Origin: a virus
Taxonomy: Duplodnaviria > Caudoviricetes
Reading direction: 5' to 3' (one strand)
IMG/VR virus record: IMGVR_UViG_3300025131_000046
Coordinates: 1 to 56,224 of that record
Length of the DNA: 56,224 nt
In this document: positions 29,435-37,978 of the stretch, in pieces
Numbering within the stretch: the first letter of the stretch is position 1
Layout: every line of letters starts with the position of its first letter
Notes under the pieces: generated by a model
What the model saw: only the letters and a program-made list of their open reading frames with translations
Database searches by the model: none
Told to the model about the DNA's origin: nothing
Program-made: the position numbers and the translations under genes

Positions 29435-30609
29435 TGGGTCATTATCTCTATACCCCAGGATGCAATCTTGGCAGATGTTGCACTTCTCCTCAAACAGCCT
29501 TTGATCCTGGTGTGTTTGGTAATCTTCGTAAGTGGGGGCCGGTTAGTAGCGATCCTGGTTTAGGACAATGGGTTAAAGATTATCGCGGTAATCTTTCTCA
29601 GGTTACGTACCCTATTCATGTACCTGCTGGGCAACCTATTCACACTTTAGCATCTGATAATACAGGCGTGTATGTAGGTCTTCTTGGGGCTAGAGAAGAC
29701 CTTCCTGCAACAGCTAAATATGATTTGAATGGGGTTCAATTATGGATGTCGGATAATGACAATGACATGTCTTATGCCGGCATTGGAATTCTTGATCTGG
29801 AAATCAACAATGCTGGTCAATTGATTGAGCATGGATACCGGGATGGCATTAGCGTTGTCAGGAAGTTAAACATTTCAACAGGTGCGGAAATATGGTCAAA
29901 TGAATCTGATGGTAACTACTATACTATGGGGCTAGCCATAGACAGCAGCGATAACATCTATGTCACACAACAAGATGCTGTTCTGAAACTGAGTGATGCA
30001 GATGGATCAATTACCACAACTTATACGTCTGTACGTAATGGTGGGGCTGTAGATATTGCACACAGTGGTGGTAATTTCTATGTTGTTGGTCCATCTGAAA
30101 ATCATCCTGTTAGTGGTACCCGCTCTCTCCAAAAACTCGATAGCTCGTTTACAGAATTGTGGTATGCTGATCCTGATGGGGTTGGACTTTGGAGTGTTGT
30201 GGCAGATGGTACTGTTGTTGCTGCTCTTGGTGCTCCTGCCACTACATCTGACGGCTTAGTTGTGTACAACGATTCTGGCACATTTCAATGGCGGGGAGAC
30301 GGTATCGCATTCGATTGGTTTGGATCAAGTAATCATCTTGCCTTAGATAATAGTAGCAATATATACACAACTGCTATAACAACTCGTGTATTTCCTGATA
30401 CCATAGACCCAAGCACTATCAACTTCATTAACAAATTCAATAGCTCTGGTACCCTACAGTGGTCTAACAGTGTAGGATATGGTGTTGACATAAACTTACC
30501 TCAATACAGTAATGTGGAAGATGTAGTAACGTGTCTATCTGTAAACAACGGTATTCTTTATTCTGGTCAGCATGGTGGGTACTATTCAACATCCCAAGAT
30601 AACCTGTGA
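29434..30609 (+). CDS. beta-propeller putative receptor-binding protein
   Basis: Repeated blades (KYDLNGVQLW, LAIDSSDNIYV, LALDNSSNIY, KFNSSGTLQW). Confidence 0.75.
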   Translation: MGHYLYTPGCNLGRCCTSPQTAFDPGVFGNLRKWGPVSSDPGLGQWVKDYRGNLSQVTYPIHVPAGQPIHTLASDNTGVYVGLLGAREDLPATAKYDLNGVQLWMSDNDNDMSYAGIGILDLEINNAGQLIEHGYRDGISVVRKLNISTGAEIWSNESDGNYYTMGLAIDSSDNIYVTQQDAVLKLSDADGSITTTYTSVRNGGAVDIAHSGGNFYVVGPSENHPVSGTRSLQKLDSSFTELWYADPDGVGLWSVVADGTVVAALGAPATTSDGLVVYNDSGTFQWRGDGIAFDWFGSSNHLALDNSSNIYTTAITTRVFPDTIDPSTINFINKFNSSGTLQWSNSVGYGVDINLPQYSNVEDVVTCLSVNNGILYSGQHGGYYSTSQDNL

Positions 30610-30799
30610 ACATCGTAGTCCGTCTCGTATAGACATACGCAAGAACAATCTCTGTGGTTGCCCTAAAAAGTTCTTCCTCTACGCCTGCACTCTGTATGGT
30701 CAATGCAGTGAGAAAAAGCATCACAGTGAAGTCATCTCCTGCACAGAATGCAAACTGAAACAACAGCTTGCCAATAAAAACACCCCACTAACCAAATAG
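30572..30799 (+). CDS. small Cys-rich protein
   Basis: Several Cys/His pairs (CEH, CGC, C..YGQC, CTEC) at the end of the tail operon. Confidence 0.55.
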   Translation: MVGTIQHPKITCEHRSPSRIDIRKNNLCGCPKKFFLYACTLYGQCSEKKHHSEVISCTECKLKQQLANKNTPLTK

Positions 30800-30813
30800 G
30801 CTAGTGGGGTGTT
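30779..30813. terminator. bidirectional terminator between convergent operons
   Basis: AACACCCCACTA / TAGTGGGGTGTT inverted repeat. Confidence 0.75.
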
Positions 30814-30835
30814 CTCGTCTCCGCACATCACTCCT

Positions 30836-31864
30836 TTACACTTCGGTTAATCCTTCACCTTCTTCATCCTCTAGCGTGTCCTCATCTGGCTCAAAGACAT
30901 CATCTTCATCAAACTCTTCCTCTACTTCATCAATAATTTCGACATCGTAACCGCCACACCGGGGCACTTCAAGCTTCTTCAGGACAAGCTTAGCTAAGCT
31001 CATCTTTTCACCATCAATGAAAGCATTCCAAGCTTTCACGCACCAACTAATGATCTGATCCCGTGATGGAGGACTGGGTTTTGCTCGTTCACGATTCAGA
31101 CGCTCTCTCAGAGCATAGGCGGGATCGTCTTTCTTGAGTCCCGTACCTTGAGCAAACGCCAAGACAAACTCTTCTGCCTTGTCCCAAATCTTCCCCTCAC
31201 CGTCTGAGAATCCGAATAAAAACAATAGTCCACTCAAGTACCCCCGTGAAATCATAGCTGAGACAGCCTTGTCGTCATCTTGAGCATAAACAAACTCTGT
31301 TGCGTCTCTCAATTGAGGATGCTCCTCAATAAATTCGATCATCTCAGAATGTGGAAACTTAGGTGCATCTGATACTTTTTTGCCACCCATCCGCATCCAG
31401 ACCAGTCGTGCAGAGACCGCCAAATCCTTTGCTAATCTCTTAACCTCTTTGTCGTCATACTTATCTGCATCAAATTCTTGCCGTCTATACAACACATCGC
31501 CAGCAGTTCGCTTTTGTCCAATATCAATCGTATCTGCAAACTTGTGGTCAACACCATGTACCACGACCATGTCTACGGCGATTTGACCCCGCACACCATA
31601 CTTTTCCCTGTAATACTTCGGTTGTGCCTTCCTGGTGGTCTCAGCCATCACAATTGCCTGTAGACGATGCTGACCATCCAGCAATGTTTGGTCTGACGCA
31701 AAGATGATTGGCTCACCATTTACACGCCACTTGTTCCGCAACAACTCGTCCCTGTAGTTTCTCGCCAGAGAAGGACGTAGAGGACGATTATCTGTGTTCC
31801 TCTTCAACCATTCCTCAGCCATCTCTGCGTTGACATGTGCAACTTCGGATTTAATTGTCGCCAT
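30836..31864 (-). CDS. ParB/Sulfiredoxin-like domain protein
   Basis: N..NRPL, W..NGEPI.F, LLDGQHRL.A, D.G..RT.GD motifs; acidic tail. Confidence 0.8.
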   Translation of the reverse strand: MATIKSEVAHVNAEMAEEWLKRNTDNRPLRPSLARNYRDELLRNKWRVNGEPIIFASDQTLLDGQHRLQAIVMAETTRKAQPKYYREKYGVRGQIAVDMVVVHGVDHKFADTIDIGQKRTAGDVLYRRQEFDADKYDDKEVKRLAKDLAVSARLVWMRMGGKKVSDAPKFPHSEMIEFIEEHPQLRDATEFVYAQDDDKAVSAMISRGYLSGLLFLFGFSDGEGKIWDKAEEFVLAFAQGTGLKKDDPAYALRERLNRERAKPSPPSRDQIISWCVKAWNAFIDGEKMSLAKLVLKKLEVPRCGGYDVEIIDEVEEEFDEDDVFEPDEDTLEDEEGEGLTEV

Positions 31865-32032
31865 TACATTACACCTTTCAAAAAGTAGTTACTTTAAACT
31901 CAACACTGTTCGTTCATTCGTCTTTGCTGTGCGTAGTTAAATCAATCCACAGCACAATCATCATTGCTACAACTGCAAACGATGCAAGCATCAATACTGC
32001 TTCCATGCTTCGTATCTCCGTTTTTAGTTCCA

Positions 32033-32245
32033 CTAATTGTCGGGTAACTGCCAAGCCGCCAGATCCTTAGCCCGTATACGCCATTGATTCCGCTTGCCAT
32101 TTCGGTTTGTATCGAACGCTTTCAGTTCGCCTGATCGAATCTTGGCACGTATCACCGAATGATCGACACCGCACATTTCGGCAGCTTGTATAACGGTATA
32201 ACAGACCGTCGATACACCAGCTTTTTGTTGTTGTGCTTTCTCCAC
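32033..32245 (-). CDS. excisionase-like HTH DNA-binding protein
   Basis: YTV.QAAEMCGV...IR..IRSGELKA...WRI (HTH_17-like). Confidence 0.8.
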   Translation of the reverse strand: MEKAQQQKAGVSTVCYTVIQAAEMCGVDHSVIRAKIRSGELKAFDTNRNGKRNQWRIRAKDLAAWQLPDN

Positions 32246-32257
32246 GTCTTTCCCTTT

Positions 32258-33766
32258 CTAAGTTACATAAACCAGTTCATTCTTAGCTCTTGTGATAGCT
32301 ACATATATAAGGTTCTTTTCTTGTTCTTGCTGCCATGCTTTAGTTGCCATTGGATGAGGCATAGGAGCATCCTTGTGCTTGAGAATAAAGACCCTATCTG
32401 ACTCAAGACCTTTTGCCTTATGCACACTGCTGAGAAGCACACCGTTCTTAACAGTGTCGGTAAAAACTTCTTCAATCTCCTTGATTGTGCCTTCGACTGT
32501 CTCCCTGTTGGCAGCAAAGATCAAAATACAGTCGTGACGATCTTGGAGATTAATTAGTCGATTTTCGTTGGGGCTTTTACGGGCACGTTCCTTCGTCTCT
32601 TCTTTCGCTAACCACGTACCAATTTTCTCGACAAGGTCAGTCGTGTCCTCTGCATTAAGTTTTTTGATTGTAGAAATCAGACCTTGTCCGATATCGCGTC
32701 CCTGGATATTTGCTGCTCGACCTTCACGCAGAAACTTAAAGCACTCACTCACAAGTGGAGCGTTCACGCGACACAAAATCATATCGCCAGCTTCAGCGTC
32801 TTCTCTGTAGCTCTTTTGTCCAGAGAAAGGCATGGAGCGTACAAGCCCGTCTGGGTTGTTCTCGTGAGCTTCAAACTCGGGTACATACTTTTGAGCCTCT
32901 TGCACAATAGCCCTACCACAGCGACGTGTAACCGTCAGAGGCAGCACTTGACAACCTCTCGTGGTTTCGGATAGACGATCATACATGTTGTCCATCGATT
33001 CAGCGTCCGCTCCTGCAAAACCATAAATTGCCTGATTCCGATCACCCACCAGAATCAATCGGCTACCTGCTTTCAATGCCAATTCTTGTTGGCACCTATT
33101 TAAGTCCTGGCTCTCGTCAACAATAAGTAATGCATGCTTAAAGACTGGCAAATTTAGAATAATTGGTAACCAAATCATGTCGTTGAAATCAATCTCTCGG
33201 TCTTCCTCAACCTCCTTGCATGCTTCCAATACTTGCGGAACCAATTCAAATACTTCGTCGGAACAACCATTGGTGTCAACGTCATAGTGCGAAGCCATCC
33301 CCGCCAATTCTTCTGTGTCATTTCCGCTGATCAGTGTCATCTTGCATAAACCAACTAACTTTTCTGTAATTCGAGCAATATTTGCTTTGGTCTTGTCTTG
33401 CCGTAATTCTTTAAATTCCATGCCGTACAAGCTACAGATCACATTCATTACTCGCCATTTATTGACTTTGCAGTAACCAACAGATTGCTTAATTGATCGG
33501 AATCCCATCGAGTGCAGCGTCATCGCTTCGCATCCTGCGGGAACCTGTTGCTGTAGTACAGTGGCAATCGATTTATTGAAAGCGACAGCAGCAATCTTCT
33601 TGGCTTTAACTGACAGTGCCATGGTTTCCCAAATCTCAGCCTGTTGAGGAGAGGGAGTAAAAATACTTGCTTTCCCCTTCATGACTTTGAGACCTTCAAC
33701 CATTGACGATGTCTTGCCGGTTCCAGCCAGTGCTTTAACGATCAAATGCTGTGGTTGACTGCTCAT
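32258..33766 (-). CDS. UvrD/Rep-like SF1 helicase
   Basis: ALAGTGKT, VAFNK, TLHS, VDESQD, VGD..QAIYGFAGA, RC, HKAKGLE, YVAITRAK; start placed at MSSQ, downstream of the promoter. Confidence 0.93.
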   Translation of the reverse strand: MSSQPQHLIVKALAGTGKTSSMVEGLKVMKGKASIFTPSPQQAEIWETMALSVKAKKIAAVAFNKSIATVLQQQVPAGCEAMTLHSMGFRSIKQSVGYCKVNKWRVMNVICSLYGMEFKELRQDKTKANIARITEKLVGLCKMTLISGNDTEELAGMASHYDVDTNGCSDEVFELVPQVLEACKEVEEDREIDFNDMIWLPIILNLPVFKHALLIVDESQDLNRCQQELALKAGSRLILVGDRNQAIYGFAGADAESMDNMYDRLSETTRGCQVLPLTVTRRCGRAIVQEAQKYVPEFEAHENNPDGLVRSMPFSGQKSYREDAEAGDMILCRVNAPLVSECFKFLREGRAANIQGRDIGQGLISTIKKLNAEDTTDLVEKIGTWLAKEETKERARKSPNENRLINLQDRHDCILIFAANRETVEGTIKEIEEVFTDTVKNGVLLSSVHKAKGLESDRVFILKHKDAPMPHPMATKAWQQEQEKNLIYVAITRAKNELVYVT

Positions 33767-33824
33767 GCTTTTCGTCTCTCTTCCAAAGTATTTTGTTGTT
33801 TCGTTCCTGCCTGCCATGGCTTCC

Positions 33825-33852
33825 ATTATACCAAACTATACAACGTTGGCAA
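33825..33852 (-). promoter_or_regulatory. sigma70-type promoter (leftward)
   Basis: TTGCCA-16 nt-TATAAT with TGn. Confidence 0.65.
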
Positions 33853-33939
33853 TCGCAAAGTTGTAAAAAAGTGAGAATCGGGTGCTCAAAATCGTCGTAA
33901 ACTATTTCTACCAAAAGACATAAAACTTCATAACTGGCC

Positions 33940-33968
33940 TTGACCCCATCCTCCAAACCTGCTACAAT
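33940..33968 (+). promoter_or_regulatory. sigma70-type promoter driving array 1-csrA-tas-array 2
   Basis: TTGACC-17 nt-TACAAT with TGn extended -10; start site falls just before the first repeat. Confidence 0.8.
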
Positions 33969-33985
33969 GCCCGCCATGAAAGGCA

Positions 33986-34182
33986 GAACGCAGCCATACA
34001 CGCTGATGCAGACAACAACAGGTAGGCAGAACGCAGCCATTGATTTAACCCAAGAACAGCGAACGTAAACGTAGTCTTTCGCTTCGAGCAACCCAAATGG
34101 CAAGAACGCAGCCAATTTTGAAGGTACTTGTACAATCGAAGAACGTAGCCAAGTGAAAAGATAATCCAGAGATTCCAAACGT
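33986..34182 (+). ncRNA. TIGR-like tandem dual-spacer guide RNA array 1 (5 units)
   Basis: Edge repeats (G/A)AACGYAGYCA at 33986, 34029, 34067, 34104, 34141 and 34177 (last degenerate); interiors parse as 8 nt + loop + 8 nt. Confidence 0.8.
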
Positions 34183-34202
34183 TGTTTAATCAGGAGGATT
34201 GT

Positions 34203-34379
34203 ATGCTTGTGCTAACTCGCAAACTAAACGAGGGCATTCTGATCGGGGATGACATTTACATTGTTGTAACAAATCTTTCCTCATCAAAAGTCAACTTAGG
34301 TATCAACGCACCAAATGATGTACCTATTTTACGGGCAGAATTGGTAGAGCAGCAAGAATCTGATAATCACGAAGATTAA
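34203..34379 (+). CDS. csrA: carbon storage regulator CsrA-like RNA-binding protein
   Basis: MLVLTRK..E.I.IGDDI.I.V.......V.LGI.AP.DVPILR.EL; AGGAGG RBS. Confidence 0.93.
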   Translation: MLVLTRKLNEGILIGDDIYIVVTNLSSSKVNLGINAPNDVPILRAELVEQQESDNHED

Positions 34380-34398
34380 CGAAAGGTCCAGTAGTAAT

Positions 34399-35313
34399 AT
34401 GTCCGAGTCCAAAACGCAAACGCTCGAAGCTGTTGATTATGCGGCTGTTAACTGGGAAGTTATTGACAAACTAACCAAAGAAATGATGGCGTCTGCTCTA
34501 ACTCTTACTCAGAGAGAAGCCCGACATTTAGTAGGCATGTATTACTCAGTACAAAACTTCCGTATTCATGCTGGGAACCACACCTCAGTAAAAACAGGGG
34601 CAGATGCTAATCCTGTCCTGGCTTGGGTGTTTTCTAACTGTCGCCTGATTGAGGAGAATATTAAACGGGCACTTGGCAGGTTTGCAGCAGAATTTACAGT
34701 TGGTCAATGGTTACAGAGTATCTGCGGCATCGGTCCTGTTATCTCGGCTGGCTTCATTGCTCACCTTGATGTTCGAGACCGACCTACCTATGGTCACTTT
34801 CACTCGTTTGCTGGTCTCAGTCCCCATATCAAATGGGAGAAAGGACAAAAAAGACCATTCAACGCTGCTCTTAAAGTCCTCTGTTACAAAGTAGGGGAGA
34901 GCTTTGTCAAAGTCCAGAACAACAAAAAGGACTACTACGGTAAGCTGTATGCTGTACACAAGGCTGGCCTAGTTCTGCGTAATGAAAGGGGTGACTTTGC
35001 TGAAGACTCTGCTCGAATTCTAACCGAAAAGAATTGGGGTAAAGACACTGATGCTTACGGGCATTATTCGGGTGGTAGACTACCGCCCGCTCATGTCCAT
35101 GCTCGTGCTCGTAGATATGTAGCCAAGCTACTTTTGTCACATCTTCATACCGTGATGTATGAAGACTATTACAAAACCAAAGCTCCTATTCCTTACCCAT
35201 TTTCTAAACATGCAAAAGAAGCTGCTATGCCTGATCATCGTCACTTGCTAGAAGTCCCTAACTGGCCGATGTTATCCTTTGGAAAAGACTTAGCCTGCCT
35301 GCTTGATTCCTAG
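34399..35313 (+). CDS. TasA-like Nop/IS110-related RNA-binding protein (no nuclease domain)
   Basis: N-terminal helical region, LQSICGIGPVISAG (IS110/Nop helix-hairpin), FHSFAGL.P, H.HARARRY..KL.LSHL; no N-terminal DEDD RuvC; flanked by dual-spacer arrays. Confidence 0.85.
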   Translation: MSESKTQTLEAVDYAAVNWEVIDKLTKEMMASALTLTQREARHLVGMYYSVQNFRIHAGNHTSVKTGADANPVLAWVFSNCRLIEENIKRALGRFAAEFTVGQWLQSICGIGPVISAGFIAHLDVRDRPTYGHFHSFAGLSPHIKWEKGQKRPFNAALKVLCYKVGESFVKVQNNKKDYYGKLYAVHKAGLVLRNERGDFAEDSARILTEKNWGKDTDAYGHYSGGRLPPAHVHARARRYVAKLLLSHLHTVMYEDYYKTKAPIPYPFSKHAKEAAMPDHRHLLEVPNWPMLSFGKDLACLLDS

Positions 35314-35685
35314 CCATGGTCGCAGATGATGATAATCTAAATAAGGCGAACGTAGTCAACAGGAGCAATAACCCAAGTAGAATGAACGTAGTCACACAAC
35401 GCTATAAACCATGCCACACGACCGCAGTTAGTGATTGAGATACTTCGCATACCCCGAGAACGTAGTCAAGGATTACGATACTTCGCACGCCCCGAGAACG
35501 TAGTTGGACTTTACAACAACTCAAATAGTAGGAACGTAGTCAGTGATTACGATACTTCGCATGCCCCGAGAACGTAGTCAATAATCCAGACATACACGTC
35601 TTCAGAACGTAGTCACAACCAGCAATTCCATACGTGTACTTTGAACGTAGTTAAAGACCAACAATAGCCCAGATGCTTTGAACGT
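35311..35685 (+). ncRNA. TIGR-like tandem dual-spacer guide RNA array 2 (10 units)
   Basis: GAACGTAGTCA-type repeats at 35348, 35384, 35420, 35458, 35496, 35532, 35570, 35605, 35643, 35680 (period 35-38), plus a half repeat TAGCCA overlapping the tas stop codon. Confidence 0.88.
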
Positions 35686-35700
35686 CTTATTGGAGTATGT

Positions 35701-36273
35701 ATGACAATCTATCGACGGATTGTGGATAAGTCTATTTCTCCCGAATTCAGAAAGCTACAGCGGCAATACAAAGACTGTAAAAAATGTGCCTTGTGTAAAA
35801 CTCGTAACCTTGTAATACATTATAGGGGCAATATACCCTGTGATATTGTTTTCCTTGGTGAAGCTCCAGGAGAGTCTGAAGACATTCTGGGTATTCCATT
35901 CATCGGACCAGCAGGTAAAAAACTTGATGAGGCATTAACTGAATTGCTGGCGGACATAACATTCCGGTTTGCAATTACCAACATTGTGTCTTGCATCCCT
36001 CTAGACGAGGACAATCGGATCAGATCACCAACAGCAAAAGAAGCAAAGGCGTGCCGCCCTCGACTCAATCGATTCTTAGCTCTTGCAAAGCCTAAGTTGA
36101 TTGTTACAATGGGCAAAATTGCTCAATCCTTTCTTCCAGAACAGTACAAGGATTATGCAGTGGGCGTTAAGCATCCTAGTGCTATTCTGCGTGCTCACAG
36201 TGCTCGTCAGCCACTAGAATTGCAACGTTTTGTACTGACAGTAAAATCAGCAATTGAGAAAAGAGTAGTATGA
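35701..36273 (+). CDS. uracil-DNA glycosylase family 4 (Fe-S)
   Basis: CKKCALC, GEAPG..E...G.PFIGPAG, TN.V.C.P, HPSAILR. Confidence 0.9.
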   Translation: MTIYRRIVDKSISPEFRKLQRQYKDCKKCALCKTRNLVIHYRGNIPCDIVFLGEAPGESEDILGIPFIGPAGKKLDEALTELLADITFRFAITNIVSCIPLDEDNRIRSPTAKEAKACRPRLNRFLALAKPKLIVTMGKIAQSFLPEQYKDYAVGVKHPSAILRAHSARQPLELQRFVLTVKSAIEKRVV

Positions 36274-36743
36274 AAATCCTTGCTCTTGATCCCGCTACAA
36301 AATGTGGCTGGTCTCACACAGACGTAGTAGGTGGCGTCTGGGACTTGTCGGTAAAGCGGGATGAATCATCCGGTATGAGGATGATCAAACTCCGCTCTAA
36401 GCTGTATGACTTGCTAGACGCTGTTGAAATCGATCTGGTGGTGTTTGAAGCTGCTCGTCATGCTGCTCCAAAGATGCAAGGTGCTCTCGTTACTCAAGCC
36501 AAATTACAATCTGTAATTGAGATTTGGGGTGATGACCAAGGAATTCAATACCGTGGTTACTCACCTACCGAAATTAAGAAATTTGCTACTGGTAAAGGTA
36601 ATGCATCCAAAGCGATGATGATAGAAACGGCTCAAGATAAATGGGGAGACATCATCGAGGATGACAATCATGCTGACGCCCTTTGGTTACTGGCGTTAGC
36701 TACCGACCAATATGGTCCTCGAACTAGGAGGTTTGGAAAATGA
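36270..36743 (+). CDS. RuvC-like Holliday junction resolvase
   Basis: ILALDP...GWS, VVFE, IKKFATGKGNASK, DDNHADA. Confidence 0.88.
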   Translation: MKILALDPATKCGWSHTDVVGGVWDLSVKRDESSGMRMIKLRSKLYDLLDAVEIDLVVFEAARHAAPKMQGALVTQAKLQSVIEIWGDDQGIQYRGYSPTEIKKFATGKGNASKAMMIETAQDKWGDIIEDDNHADALWLLALATDQYGPRTRRFGK

Positions 36744-36997
36744 CCGAAATACATTGGTTCTTTCTTGGGATTGGTATGGGCTGGATTTCTCTATCTGTAC
36801 TCGCTCTCTTGTTTCGTGACCCCAGTTGTTCTCCGCAATCTTCATCCCCAACAACTAGTAGTCTTGTTGTTAAAGGAGCTATGAATCATTATATTCATGA
36901 TTGTAGAGATGATGATAATGATGATGATGATGATGATGATGATGATATCTTGTTGGGGACTGATCCGAGTCAGTGGAGAACATGGGAGATGAACTAA
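36740..36997 (+). CDS. small membrane protein with poly-Asp tract
   Basis: N-terminal TM segment; (GAT)n run around 36908-36946. Confidence 0.6.
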   Translation: MTEIHWFFLGIGMGWISLSVLALLFRDPSCSPQSSSPTTSSLVVKGAMNHYIHDCRDDDNDDDDDDDDDILLGTDPSQWRTWEMN

Positions 36998-37948
36998 ATG
37001 ACCTGGAACCTGTATAGTGATGGTATGTCCTACTCTTCGTTATGTAAATTCATGGTTTGTCGAGAACGCTTTCGGCTATACAAAGTTGAAGGTCTCCAGG
37101 AAGAACGAGGATTCCAAGCACCTCTTGAGTATGGCAACTTCTTACATGATGCTCTTGAGATTTATGCTCAGACTCGTAACCTGAAAAAAGCACTTGTTGC
37201 AATCGATGATCAACATTGTAAGCTGTCTGATAAGTATCCTCTGAGTCAAGAAACAATCCGAGACTGGTACATGCTGGCTAGGGGGCAGTTTCCTCTCTAT
37301 GTAGACCACTGGAAAAAGTCAGACAGAAAGCGTGAGTACATCTTTTGGGAAGAAGACTTTCAGTATGCCTATAAACTACCTTCGGGTCGTGTAATTCCGT
37401 TGTTTGGTCGATTTGATGCTGGGTTTAGGGTTGGCAAATCAACGTACCTACAAGAGAACAAGACAAAGGGTAATATTGATCACGAAGGTTTGATGCACTC
37501 AGCACACAAAGACCTTCAAGTCATGTACTACACAATCTGTATGAGACGACTCTACCCCAATGTTCGTGGTACGCTCTACAACATTATTAAGAGACCATTA
37601 TCAGATCGCTTCCCTTTACGCCAGAAAAAGACTGAGTCTCGTAAAGAGTTTCATCAGCGTGTCTTAACTGGTATAGATGAAAATCGAGAGCAGCACTTTA
37701 GTCGGTACACTATTCCAACAACCAACCATGACGTGGAAATCTTTAAGCGGCAAACCTTTATCCCTCTGCTTGAAACAGTTGCTGATTGGTGGGATTCAAT
37801 CAAAGACAATCCTCATGATCCTTGGGGTAGTTCTCACCACTGGGTTCGTCCATACGGCGTTTATGATCCAATGACATTGGGCCGACGAGGAGACCTGTTT
37901 GGCTACTTGACAACAGGCTCTCGACAAGGTATAGTAACGTGTGAATAG
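36998..37948 (+). CDS. PD-(D/E)XK (Cas4/RecB-like) exonuclease
   Basis: SYSSL..F..C, G...H.ALE, G.FD, ENKT, Q...Y motifs. Confidence 0.85.
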   Translation: MTWNLYSDGMSYSSLCKFMVCRERFRLYKVEGLQEERGFQAPLEYGNFLHDALEIYAQTRNLKKALVAIDDQHCKLSDKYPLSQETIRDWYMLARGQFPLYVDHWKKSDRKREYIFWEEDFQYAYKLPSGRVIPLFGRFDAGFRVGKSTYLQENKTKGNIDHEGLMHSAHKDLQVMYYTICMRRLYPNVRGTLYNIIKRPLSDRFPLRQKKTESRKEFHQRVLTGIDENREQHFSRYTIPTTNHDVEIFKRQTFIPLLETVADWWDSIKDNPHDPWGSSHHWVRPYGVYDPMTLGRRGDLFGYLTTGSRQGIVTCE

Positions 37949-37978
37949 CTTTGTATCCTCTTAGAAAGTAGTAATGTA

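Noticed and set aside
33735-34178. 147-aa minus-strand ORF
   Set aside because: Antisense to array 1 and runs across both promoters; no recognisable protein features
34399-35313. IS110 transposase / insertion sequence
   Set aside because: No N-terminal DEDD RuvC domain and no SG catalytic-serine motif after GL.P; the flanks are tandem arrays rather than IS ends
35311-35685. CRISPR array
   Set aside because: The repeat is only ~11 nt, the interior has a second semi-conserved motif splitting two 8-nt blocks, and there is no cas operon; the Cas4-like nuclease sits in an ordinary phage recombination module
36908-36946. (GAT)n microsatellite as a phase-variation switch
   Set aside because: A triplet repeat keeps the frame and simply encodes poly-Asp, like the acidic tracts near 5758 and 39338
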